Positions 1 to 9,419 of a stretch of DNA of 64,000 nt are shown here, piece after piece. Numbering within the stretch: position 1 is the first letter of the stretch; each line of letters opens with the position of its first letter. Position numbers and translations under genes: made by a program. The notes beneath the pieces were generated by a model. It ran no database searches. It was not told the DNA's origin and was given only the letters and a program-made list of their open reading frames with translations. Origin of the DNA: a candidate division WOR-3 bacterium (GTDB lineage Bacteria; Hydrothermota; Tepidihabitantia; SM23-42; CAYGYG01); NCBI GenBank assembly GCA_965648915.1, contig CBFGIV010000001.1:1-64000 (forward strand), in the 5' to 3' direction.

Positions 1-845
1 TCCGGACTCAGGTAACCAAGCTCGGAGTGGACATACAGCTTGTTATAGTCATGCTCAATCCATTTGCCAATCTTCGCTTTCGCTTCCTCTAAGGTCTCAA
101 ATTCATTAAGCCAAATAACTTCTTCTTTTATCGTCCGGATCATCCGCTCCCCATCCGCATTCCCTTTCGGATTGTCATACGAGGTAAAGATCTGCTCGAT
201 GCCTAAAGTGGCCATATCCCGCATAAAACTCACCGACGTAGGCTGATAACCATTGTCACTTATTAGCTTTAAACCTTTGCCTCTTACACCTTCCGGAAAT
301 TCTTTGTTTAATGCTATGGCTAATGCCTGCTTCCAATCCGCAGTCTTGCTCCGCAGCGATATGTTCCAGCCCACAAGCTTCTTCGTCCACCAGTCTAAAA
401 CAATCACCAGCGAGACCCAGCCCAGACTGGAAATCAAAAACTTGCTCATATCGATACCCCAGTACTGCTTCGGCTTATCCGCCTTAGGCTTCTTCCTGAT
501 CGGCATCCTTTTCGCTTTATGAACCGTCTGGGGTGCCATAAGATTGTGCTCTTTCATAATTCGACGAACTCGCTTCTGATTTACCCAAATACCGTCGCGA
601 TGATTTAACCACGCCCAGACTCGCCGATAACCCCAAAAGGGATGCGTACCACGGATTACCTTGATCCGCTCGATTAATCCACTATCTTTCATCGTCAAAA
701 CGCTCACCGGGGCAACTTTCGGACGGGTCGAGGCATAATAACCGCTCCGGGCAAAACCCAGTGCCTGGCACGCATCTTTCACCGTATAGCCTGCTTGCTT
801 TAACGTTGCCACCGTAGCTACCTTCCCCGAAACAGGTCCTCGGTT
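1..845 (-). CDS. IS3-family transposase OrfB (partial, not in ORF track, reached by -1 frameshift)
   Basis: Hand translation is open from 845 to the edge: VKDACQALGFARSGYY...WGYRRVWAWL...YWGIDMSKF...LISDNGYQP...GNADGERMIRTIKEE...YNKLYVHSELGYLSP. D-D-E triad intact. Confidence 0.9.
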
Positions 846-1105
846 TTTTTTAATATCTCAATCTGAATCGTCTGCTTACCAATAATCCGCTGCAGCCGCT
901 CAATCTCAGCTTTGTAAACATTGTCATCACCAGAACCATTCATCAGTCCTTTCTTGCCACTTTCTAAAAACCGATCGCGCCACCGATAATACAGGGTTTG
1001 ACTGATTTGGTGCTCCCGGCAAATCTCAGCTACCGAGCGCTTCTCTTTAATGCCCTCAAGGACAATTGCCGGTTTCTCGTCTATTGCCCAATTCCTTCTC
1101 TTCAT
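818..1105 (-). CDS. IS3-family transposase OrfA (HTH)
   Basis: SVAEICREHQISQTLYYRWRDRF HTH and coiled tail ending EILKK over an A8 slippery run (844-851). Confidence 0.9.
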   Translation of the reverse strand: MKRRNWAIDEKPAIVLEGIKEKRSVAEICREHQISQTLYYRWRDRFLESGKKGLMNGSGDDNVYKAEIERLQRIIGKQTIQIEILKKTEDLFRGR

Positions 1106-1373
1106 AAGAAAACCTCCTTGCCCAACCGTTATAACTCTAAACTTCTTCCGTGTCCAGTCCTAGAGGGGCTCAGTATAAGTCAAATTTTTAGTTCTCAAAA
1201 ACTTGATAGTTGCCAATTTGTTGATATCATTAGTCAAGATCGATTGGTCTTTGAAAAATTCTGGTAAGGTACCTCTTTGTGGGTCTGAAAGGGGGTGATA
1301 AGGACTTTAGAGATGATGGGAGTTTATCGAACAAAGGCCACCTTGGAATAGTCCGTCGACATTTTAGCTGCGC

Positions 1374-1398
1374 GAATTCCGGGATACAATACTCAATT
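1374..1398 (+). repeat. REP-like dispersed motif, copy 1 (GAATTCCGGGATACAATACTCAATT)
   Basis: 23 of 26 aligned positions are identical to the reverse complement of 37905-37930. Confidence 0.65.
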
Positions 1399-1426
1399 AT
1401 TGATAACCACAGTATTATTGATATAA

Positions 1427-1825
1427 TCAGTAATGGCGCGTATTGCTCGAGTTGTAGCGGCTGGTGAAGGAAGTATCTTTAAAGTAATCACTGAGATAGA
1501 TGATCAGGCCTTTTTCGATCTCTATTATTGTAACGCCCTCGTTTTGATAAAGATTGCCTTTCGTATCCCTACCGTGATTGGTCCAGACCACAGCGATTCG
1601 ATCGCCTTCAGTGATTATGTCCTTAACATCAAAAAGTAAATCCGGATAACGTCGGAAGATAATACGTAAAAGCTGGATGACTTTGTCCGGGCCCTGAACC
1701 GGTTTAGTCCCGGGAAAATAAAATACTACCGATGATGCCAGATATTTTTCCAATGAATCAAATTCCCGATTGTTAATCTTTTCGAAAAAATTTTTAATTA
1801 AACCCTTAAGTTCTGGTTGATCCAC
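1427..1825 (-). CDS. SnoaL-like / NTF2-fold protein
   Basis: FFEKINNREFDSL...IITEGDRIAVVW...NEGVTIIEIEKGLIIYLSDYF pattern. Confidence 0.8.
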   Translation of the reverse strand: MDQPELKGLIKNFFEKINNREFDSLEKYLASSVVFYFPGTKPVQGPDKVIQLLRIIFRRYPDLLFDVKDIITEGDRIAVVWTNHGRDTKGNLYQNEGVTIIEIEKGLIIYLSDYFKDTSFTSRYNSSNTRHY

Positions 1826-1916
1826 AATTAAATCAGGATATATAAATATCTGGATTGGTCAAGCGCTATTTGATAAATTGCTTGATTTTTTCAGAATGTC
1901 GCCTAAACTCAAAACA

Positions 1917-3445
1917 GTGAAAATTCTAAATATCATCTTTTATCTTTTGATTAACTATCTCTTTGCCCAGACAGCATTTCAAGAGGAACAGAATAGATTT
2001 GCACGAGTTCGACAGGCAAGGGTGCATTGTGAGGAGAATATCGATTCGCTCTTTAAAAAAATCGATTGCAAATATCCACCCGCAAAAATCATAATTGTCG
2101 CCTACAAATATGAACAGATCCTCGAGTTATGGGCTAAGCCCAAAAACAGTGATACTTTTAAGTTGGTGCGGGATTATAAATTTACTGCCTTTTCAGGCAG
2201 ATTGGGACCAAAACGGCGGCGGGGAGATCTTCAGATTCCCGAGGGTTTTTACCATATCAACCATTTCAATCCGAGTTCAATCTTTCATCTATCGATGAAA
2301 GTAAATTATCCCAATGCTTCGGATCGCATTCTCGGTTACCGGAACAATCTGGGCGATGAAATCCGGATACACGGCAGCGCAGTAACAATTGGCAGTATCC
2401 AATCGGCGATGAGGCAATCGAAGAACTTTACATTATCTGTATCGATACAAAATCGAATGGACAGAAAAATATCCCGGTCTATATCTTTCCCGGTCGAATG
2501 GACAGCAACGGAATGAAAAGGCTTAAAGAATTTAGTGGCGGCGATACGATGCTTATCGATTTCTGGTATAATTTAAAACAGGGTTATGACATTTTTAATA
2601 AGTTGCATCAGGAACTGAAATTTAGGATTGATAACCGAGGCAAGTATATATTCTTGAATAAGATTTATGACCTAAGTGCCCATTATCATTGGTGCGATAA
2701 TTATGATGATAAAAACCGATTGATCAATCGTATTGCTGTACCCGAGAGTTTTCAAAGATTGCAGGTCCAGGCAGGTTCTTTTGCGGACTGGCTCAGGAAA
2801 TTGCCTCTGAAAGAAGGCAATCCCAAAGTCTATCTTTTTAATCGTGAACCGAAACATAATCAGAATATCCATGTTGCGGTTTTGAATATTGATACGGGCA
2901 ACGAAGATCTTCAGCAGTGTGCTGATGCAATTATCAGACTCTTTGCCGAATATTTATCTTCTCAGGACCGATATGATGATATTGAATTCAAAATTACCAA
3001 CGGTGATGTTGTTAAATTTAGAAGTTGGATTTCGGGGGACAGACCTAAGGTACGAGGTAACAGGGTAACCTGGCAGAGGCAGGCTCAGGTTGATTCATCG
3101 TATAAGAATTTTCGGAAGTATCTGAATTTTATCTTTAAATATGCAGGTACGTATTCTTTAAGTGGTCAGTTAAAGAGTAAAGATGTCAGTGAAATGGCGA
3201 TTGGCGATATCTTTATCCAGGGAGGGTTTCCCGGTCATGCGATTTTGGTGCTTGATTTGGCAGTAAATGATAAAACCGGTGAAAAAATTTTTTTACTTGG
3301 CCAAAGTTTTTCACCGGCGCACGATTTCCATATCCTGAAAAATTTAAATGAACCAGATTTGAGCCCCTGGTACCGATTAGACTTCGGTGACACACTTTGG
3401 ACACCTGAATGGACATTTTACTCGAAGGACTTAAAAGGTTTTTAG
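1917..3445 (+). pseudogene. Frameshifted fusion of an exported L,D-transpeptidase-family (YafK/DpaA-like) domain and a DUF4846-like domain
   Basis: GTG 1917 gives a signal peptide. Motifs GPKRRRGDLQIPEGFY and IRIHGSAVTIG. One base is missing near 2400; the shifted frame continues IGDEAIEELY into ORF 2498-3445 (LQQCADA, GGFPGHA). Confidence 0.8.
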
Positions 3446-3494
3446 GACAGTAGAATATAGCGATTTGATAGTATGCTGAGATATTTTGACAGAC

Positions 3495-4016
3495 TTACCT
3501 TAGATATTTTTCTATTTCTTTTACTTTATGGGCTAATTTTAACTCCCGGTAAATCTCTAATGCCCTGGTGAAATATATCTCAGACCTTTCTTCGGTTGCT
3601 AAACTTCTTATTTTTTTATCCTCAAGATCCTTTAACATCCGGGCATATTCTAAATAGCAGTCAGCAAGATTTTTTCCCAATTGTGTAAGCCTAAGTCGGT
3701 CTTAATTTTCAATCTTGAAGAGAGGGCTTTCCTTATTTCCAGGGATAAGTTTCATCATCTTAAGGGATGCCTTTATTGCTCTTTCCGGGTCATCTTCGTG
3801 TGCAACTGGAAGTCCGAACAGGGCAATCACCAGATCGCCTTCATATTTATGGATTACCCCTCCATACTTAACGATTGGTGGATTCAGATATTCAAAGCAG
3901 ATATTGGCGACATCCTAGACATCCTCAGGATCAAGGCTATGTGAGAGTTTTGTAAATCCTGAAAGGTCAGCAAAGAGGATGGTGATTAAACGTCACTCTT
4001 CGGCCTTCTGCGTCAT
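3495..4016 (-). pseudogene. Degraded paralogue of the adenylate/guanylate cyclase-ATPase-TPR gene at 38114
   Basis: Reads MTQKAEE*RLITILFADLSGFTKLSHSLDPEDV*DVAN...KYEGDLVIALFG...KTDLGLH, then joins a TPR-like C-terminus. Stops at 3993-3995 and 3915-3917, plus a frameshift. Confidence 0.9.
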
Positions 4017-4124
4017 AAATTTTTCCTTGATAAAATTATATAGATCTTGATTGTAAAATCAAGTGCAATCTATTACAGGCTTGACAGAGGCAATGATTAT
4101 GAGGATAATGTAATGGGAGGTTTT

Positions 4125-4559
4125 ATGATCCTCATGAAAATCAGAAGTCACAGCCGGTATTTTTTTGTAACCTGTCTCCTGTTTACTTTCTTCTCATCGT
4201 GCATATTTAAGACTGAAGAAAAAGACGGGCATCATGTGAAGACCATTGTTGATGGGACAGTTAACGTGGAACCACTTCATCTTACCTACTATAGTTTCGA
4301 GATTGAGGATGATTATGAAGATGTCTATCTGTTCGGTTTTTTTGAAGCCTGGGGTGGGAGTAATAACGATATAATTGTAAAGGTGGTAGAGATCCCCGGA
4401 TTAAAGACAATCTACGACTCAGGCAAGGTTCACGCCGACTCTTTTAGTCTCCATTTGTGCGACCCCGGTAAATATCGGATTGAGTATGACAATTCCTTTT
4501 CGTTATTTTCCAACAAGACAGTGAGAACCCGGGTCATCTTTGAGTATGATAAGCGTTAA
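4125..4559 (+). CDS. Putative lipoprotein with beta-sandwich (GOLD-like) domain
   Basis: GGAGG at 4116-4120 before ATG 4125; hydrophobic stretch ending FFSSC; PGKYRIEYDNSFSLFSNKTV. Confidence 0.55.
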   Translation: MILMKIRSHSRYFFVTCLLFTFFSSCIFKTEEKDGHHVKTIVDGTVNVEPLHLTYYSFEIEDDYEDVYLFGFFEAWGGSNNDIIVKVVEIPGLKTIYDSGKVHADSFSLHLCDPGKYRIEYDNSFSLFSNKTVRTRVIFEYDKR

Positions 4560-4597
4560 TAACTGAAGGATTGAATACATTAGAGGTATTACCACTC

Positions 4598-4625
4598 TTG
4601 ACTTTTGGCTGAAATCGGTTAGAAT
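4598..4625 (+). promoter_or_regulatory. Sigma70-type promoter of the HMGCS operon
   Basis: TTGACT-16 bp-TAGAAT. Confidence 0.6.
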
Positions 4626-4711
4626 CTAACCGGACAAATGATTTATCCAGACTACCAAAATATTGCACAACATTCTAATTTTATAACCTACTTTTTTGAC
4701 CGGAGGTTTTT

Positions 4712-5758
4712 ATGGTAGGAATTGTTGGCTACGGAAGTTATTTACCATGCTATCGGATTAAGGTTGAAGAGATTGCCAAACAGTGGGGGATGGACGGTGA
4801 AGCGGTTAAAAAGGGTCTCTTGTTACAGGAGAAGACCGTTCCCGCACCAGATGAAGATACAATTACAATTTCTGTGGAAGCCGCCAAAAATGCCTTACGC
4901 CGTGCCCAGATTGACCCAAAATTGATTGGCGCCGTCTATGTCGGTTCAGAATCTCATCCCTATGCAGTCAAACCTACCGGGACACTGGTTGCCGAAGCAT
5001 TAGGGATTACACCTGATGTCCATGTTGCAAGTTATGAATTTGCCTGTAAAGCCGGAACTGAAGCGATCTTTGTTGCCTATGGTTTGGTTAAAGCCGGACT
5101 GATGGATTATGCATTAGCCATCGGCGCCGATACATCCCAGGGCGCTCCAGGGGATGCCCTTGAATATTCTGCTTCAGCCGGTGGCTCAGCATTTATTATG
5201 GGAAAGGAGAAGGTCGCGGCCGAAATCATCGAAACATTCTCCTATACCACGGATACCCCTGATTTCTGGCGCCGGGAATACCAGTTCTATCCAAGGCACG
5301 GTGGTCGATTTACTGGCGAACCGGCATACTTTAAACATATCATCAATGCTGGTAAAGAGATCCTGCGCAAAGCCAATCTTACTGCCCGGGATATAACCTA
5401 CGCCGTATTCCATATGCCTAACGGTAAATTTCCAATGCAGGCTGGTAAAGCGCTCGGTTTTACCGAGGAGCAGATCAAGCCGGGCTGGATTGTGCCGACG
5501 ATGGGTAACACCTATTCGGGTTCATCACCCACCGGCCTTTCGGCCACGCTCGACATTGCGAAACCCAATCAAACGATAATGGTTGTCTCTTTTGGGTCGG
5601 GTGCGGGGAGCGATGCCTTTATCTTCAGAGTCACTGAGGTGATTGATGAAATCCGTAACCGGGCAATAAAGGTCAGGGATATGCTCGAAGGCCGAAGGAT
5701 TTATGTCGATTACGGCACCTATGCCAAGTTCCGACATAAAATCATAATGGCTGAATAG
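4712..5758 (+). CDS. Hydroxymethylglutaryl-CoA synthase, archaeal type
   Basis: [20 protein letters not shown] (catalytic Cys), [26 protein letters not shown]. Confidence 0.92.
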   Translation: MVGIVGYGSYLPCYRIKVEEIAKQWGMDGEAVKKGLLLQEKTVPAPDEDTITISVEAAKNALRRAQIDPKLIGAVYVGSESHPYAVKPTGTLVAEALGITPDVHVASYEFACKAGTEAIFVAYGLVKAGLMDYALAIGADTSQGAPGDALEYSASAGGSAFIMGKEKVAAEIIETFSYTTDTPDFWRREYQFYPRHGGRFTGEPAYFKHIINAGKEILRKANLTARDITYAVFHMPNGKFPMQAGKALGFTEEQIKPGWIVPTMGNTYSGSSPTGLSATLDIAKPNQTIMVVSFGSGAGSDAFIFRVTEVIDEIRNRAIKVRDMLEGRRIYVDYGTYAKFRHKIIMAE

Positions 5759-5773
5759 CGAAAGGAGATACCT

Positions 5774-6919
5774 ATGCGTGAAGTAGCAATTATTGGCGCG
5801 GGTATGACAAAATTTGGCGAACTCTGGACCAGATCGACCCGGGATATCTTTGTTGAGGCTGCCCTGAAAGCGATCGATGATGCAAAAGTGGATCACATTG
5901 ATAGTCTTTATGTCGGTTGTATGTCCAGCGGACTCTTTGTTGCTCAGGAACATCTCGGGGCTTTAATGGCCGATTATCTCGGTTATGGATCGATCCCGGC
6001 TGTCCGGGTTGAGTCGGCCTGTGCGTCAGGTGGTTTTGCACTCCGTCAGGGCTTTCTTGATGTTGCCTCAGGAATGAGTGACATTGTCTTAGTGGGTGGT
6101 GTGGAAAAGATGACCGATGGTGCGGATGTAACCGATGCCTTAGCTACAGCAGCGGATCAGGAATATGAGGTATATTACGGTATCACTTTTCCCGGGCTGT
6201 ATGCGATGATTGCCAATGCCCATATGAGGCAGTACGGAACGACCCGCGAGCAGTTGGCGATGGTGGCAGTCAAAAATCATAAAAATGGTGCCCTTAATCC
6301 CAATGCTCAGTTTCAATCGCCCATTACGATCGATACCGTATTGAAATCGACAATGGTTGCAGATCCTCTGCGCCTTATGGACTGCTCGCCAGTAAGTGAT
6401 GGGGCTGCCTGTGTTATTCTTGCACCTCTGGAATTAGCCCGAAAATATACCGACCGCCCGGTAAAGATAATTGGTTCGGGTGCGGCAACCGACACTATCG
6501 CTCTCCATCAGAGATCCGACATCACTACTTTGAACGCAGTCAAACTGGCGGCCGAAAGGGCATATAAGATGGCAAATGTTAAGCCTGAAGATATAAACCT
6601 GGCTGAGGTCCACGACTGTTTTACCATCGCCGAGATCGTCATTACCGAAGATCTTGGATTTGTGCCTAAGGGTAGGGGGGGTGAGGCGGTGGAAAATGGT
6701 CTAACCTCACTGGAAGGACGGATTCCAATAAATACCAGTGGTGGGTTAAAAGCTAAGGGCCATCCGGTTGGTGCCACAGGCGTTGCGCAAGCAATTGAGA
6801 TCTACGAACAGCTTCAAGGTAAAGCGGGCAAACGACAGGTCAAAAATGCTCGAATCGGTTTAACCCAGAATATGGGTGGATCGGGTGCATCGGCCGTAGT
6901 CCATATCTTCTCAATCTAA
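5774..6919 (+). CDS. Acetyl-CoA acetyltransferase (thiolase), archaeal/SCP2-type
   Basis: [22 protein letters not shown]. Confidence 0.92.
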   Translation: MREVAIIGAGMTKFGELWTRSTRDIFVEAALKAIDDAKVDHIDSLYVGCMSSGLFVAQEHLGALMADYLGYGSIPAVRVESACASGGFALRQGFLDVASGMSDIVLVGGVEKMTDGADVTDALATAADQEYEVYYGITFPGLYAMIANAHMRQYGTTREQLAMVAVKNHKNGALNPNAQFQSPITIDTVLKSTMVADPLRLMDCSPVSDGAACVILAPLELARKYTDRPVKIIGSGAATDTIALHQRSDITTLNAVKLAAERAYKMANVKPEDINLAEVHDCFTIAEIVITEDLGFVPKGRGGEAVENGLTSLEGRIPINTSGGLKAKGHPVGATGVAQAIEIYEQLQGKAGKRQVKNARIGLTQNMGGSGASAVVHIFSI

Positions 6920-6940
6920 TGGAGTTATAAAGGAGGTTTT

Positions 6941-7330
6941 ATGCCTTCACCAAGATATCATCGTGAAATACCTCAGCGTTACCGTTTGGAAGCAGGTAAA
7001 TGTAAAAAGTGTGGTAAGATTTTCTTTCCGCCCCGTCTCATCTGTAATAACTGCAAGAATCGTGAATTCGAAAAGGTCAAGTTAAGCGAAGAAGGAAAGA
7101 TTTTGAGTTATACAGTAACAAGGGTTGCCCCCAAGCCCTTTATTAATCAGCAACCTTATGTTAATGCGGTGGTTGAGTTAAAAGATGGAGTTCACATAAC
7201 AACCCAGGTGGTTGATTGTCTACCTGAAGAAGTCGCAATCGGTAAACCAGTCAAAATAGTCTTTCGTAAGGTCCAGGAAGAAGGCGCTTCCGGGATACTC
7301 TGTTACGGTTATAAATGTGTACTCATTTGA
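6941..7330 (+). CDS. DUF35 Zn-ribbon/OB-fold scaffold protein
   Basis: CKKCG...PPRLICNNC Zn ribbon followed by an OB fold; lies directly after the thiolase. Confidence 0.92.
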   Translation: MPSPRYHREIPQRYRLEAGKCKKCGKIFFPPRLICNNCKNREFEKVKLSEEGKILSYTVTRVAPKPFINQQPYVNAVVELKDGVHITTQVVDCLPEEVAIGKPVKIVFRKVQEEGASGILCYGYKCVLI

Positions 7331-7440
7331 GAAAGTGGAATTTCTTTTGCATCTCGTTATTACGATGGGTTCCTTTCTTAACACAGAGCATTTTTGTTGA
7401 CTTTTGAAGATTTTTAGATAAGTTGAGTTCAGGAGTATAA

Positions 7441-9048
7441 ATGTTTCGTATTGAATCCAGGATAAACAAAAATGATCCTGAATTTAAGGAAAATTTAGCT
7501 TATCACAAACAGGTTATCGAAGAGTTTAAGACACGATTGGCTGAAGTCAAAAAAGGCGGGCCACCTGATGCGATTGAAAAACATAAATCTCGAAAAAAAT
7601 TGCTGGTTCGAGAAAGACTTGAGAAACTCTTCGATCCTGATACACCATTCTTAGAATTTAGCAGTCTGGCTGCTTATGGGATGCATAACAACGAAGCTCC
7701 GGCTGCCGGTATCATAACCGGGGTTGGTGTTGTCCACGGCCGTGAGGTCCTGGTTGTCGCTAATGACGCAACCGTGAAGGGTGGGACCTATTTCCCGGAG
7801 ACGATAAAGAAACATGTCCGGGCCCAGGAGATCGCAATGGAAAATAACCTGCCCTGTGTCTACCTGGTCGATTCGGGTGGCATCTTTCTCCCGCTTCAGT
7901 CAGGGACATTCCCTGACAAAGAGCATTTCGGGCGTATTTTTTACAATCAGGCCCGCCTTTCAGCAATGAATATTCCCCAGATATCAGTGGTCCTCGGTTC
8001 GTGCACGGCCGGTGGAGCCTATGTGCCAGCAATGAGTGACGAGACCGTAATTGTTCGACGCCAGGGTACAATCTTTATCGGAGGGCCACCGCTGGTAAAA
8101 GCCGCAACCGGTGAAGAGGTCTCTGATGAGGATCTGGGTGGGGCTGATGTCCACTGCCGGATATCAGGCGTTTCCGATCATTATGCCCTGAATGATGAAC
8201 ACGCCATCGAGATCACAAGAAATATCATTGAAAATTTAAATCGACCCAAAAAATTCCAACTCGAGATGGCAGAACCCGAAGACCCATATTATGACCCCGA
8301 AGAGATGCTCGGCGTTGTTCAAAGGGATCTGCGTAAGCCATTCGATATGAAGGAGATAATCGCCCGGATTGTCGATGGAAGTAGATTCCATGAATTTAAG
8401 GAGCTCTATGGGCCAACTTTGATCTGCGGTTTTGCCCACATAATGGGCTATCCAGTCGGAATTCTTGCCAACAATGGAGTGCTCTTCTCAGAGAGTGCGG
8501 TTAAAGGTGCTCATTTTATAGAACTCTGTGCAGTGCGCAAAATACCCCTCATATTTCTTCAGAATATAACCGGTTTTATTGTTGGTAAACAGTATGAGCA
8601 CGGTGGTATTGCCAAAGACGGCGCCAAGATGGTCCACGCTGTTGCCAACGCTGATGTCCCGAAGTTTACTGTCATTATCGGTGGCTCTTATGGTGCGGGA
8701 AATTATGCGATGTGTGGACGCGCCTATGGTGCCAGATTGCTCTGGATGTGGCCCAATGCCAAGATATGTGTAATGGGTGGAGAGCAGGCATCCAATGTCT
8801 TGCTTACAGTGAAACTCGCCGGACTCAAGAAGAAAGGGCTGACAATGAGTCAGGAGGAGCAAGACAAGTTTCGTGAGCCTATCCTCAAAAAATATGAAGA
8901 GGAATCGAGCGCCTATTACAGCACGGCAAGGATCTGGGATGATGGGATTATCAATCCCCTCGATACGAGAAATGTCCTGGCCTTAGGGATCTCTATGTCC
9001 CTAAACACACCAATACCGGACCATCGATTTGGTGTTTTCAGAATGTAA
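7441..9048 (+). CDS. 3-methylcrotonyl-CoA carboxylase beta subunit (carboxyltransferase)
   Basis: [45 protein letters not shown]-terminal FGVFRM. Confidence 0.88.
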   Translation: MFRIESRINKNDPEFKENLAYHKQVIEEFKTRLAEVKKGGPPDAIEKHKSRKKLLVRERLEKLFDPDTPFLEFSSLAAYGMHNNEAPAAGIITGVGVVHGREVLVVANDATVKGGTYFPETIKKHVRAQEIAMENNLPCVYLVDSGGIFLPLQSGTFPDKEHFGRIFYNQARLSAMNIPQISVVLGSCTAGGAYVPAMSDETVIVRRQGTIFIGGPPLVKAATGEEVSDEDLGGADVHCRISGVSDHYALNDEHAIEITRNIIENLNRPKKFQLEMAEPEDPYYDPEEMLGVVQRDLRKPFDMKEIIARIVDGSRFHEFKELYGPTLICGFAHIMGYPVGILANNGVLFSESAVKGAHFIELCAVRKIPLIFLQNITGFIVGKQYEHGGIAKDGAKMVHAVANADVPKFTVIIGGSYGAGNYAMCGRAYGARLLWMWPNAKICVMGGEQASNVLLTVKLAGLKKKGLTMSQEEQDKFREPILKKYEEESSAYYSTARIWDDGIINPLDTRNVLALGISMSLNTPIPDHRFGVFRM

Positions 9049-9064
9049 TTAAAACGGAGGACTG

Positions 9065-9400
9065 ATGAGTAAGATTAATTTTAAGGATTTTATCAAGAAG
9101 ATTGAGAAACCCTGGCAGCCCCTTGATATCGTGTATGTAAATGATACCGCATTGCGTATGGCAAAAATTGACGGCGCCTATGAATGGCATACACATCAAA
9201 ATGAGGATGAATTCTTTTATGTATTGAAGGGTGAGATCTTTATTGATCTTGAGAAAGAAGCAGTGCACCTGAAAGAGCAAGAGGGTTTTCTTGTAAAAAA
9301 GGGTCTCCGTCATCGATCCCGGTCTGAGAAACCAGCCTGGATTCTGCTTGTGGAGCCAACCGCCACAAAAACTCTGGGCGACAAGATTGGTAAGAAGTAG
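9065..9400 (+). CDS. Cupin domain protein
   Basis: WHTHQNEDEFFYVLKGE...GLRHRS. Confidence 0.85.
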   Translation: MSKINFKDFIKKIEKPWQPLDIVYVNDTALRMAKIDGAYEWHTHQNEDEFFYVLKGEIFIDLEKEAVHLKEQEGFLVKKGLRHRSRSEKPAWILLVEPTATKTLGDKIGKK

Positions 9401-9419
9401 ACAATTTATCTATTGAAAA

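Larger units (their letters stand above)
1..1177 (-). mobile_element. IS3-family (IS150-like) insertion sequence, truncated by the left window edge
   Basis: orfA (HTH) plus orfB (DDE integrase core) on the minus strand. The outer end reads TATACTGAGCCCCTCTAGGACTGGACA (1177-1151), resembling IS150-group TGTACTG...GGAC ends. Confidence 0.9.

Noticed and set aside
3681..3944. Plus-strand ORFs here resembling the minus-strand ORF at 38050-38574
   Set aside because: They are antisense shadows of the cyclase gene and its pseudogene; the similarity comes from the paralogy.
4712..7330. PhlABC-type phloroglucinol acyltransferase cluster
   Set aside because: The first gene keeps HMGCS catalytic residues (ESHPY Glu, FAC Cys, FHMP His) and no type III polyketide synthase is nearby; the archaeal HMGCS complex fits better.
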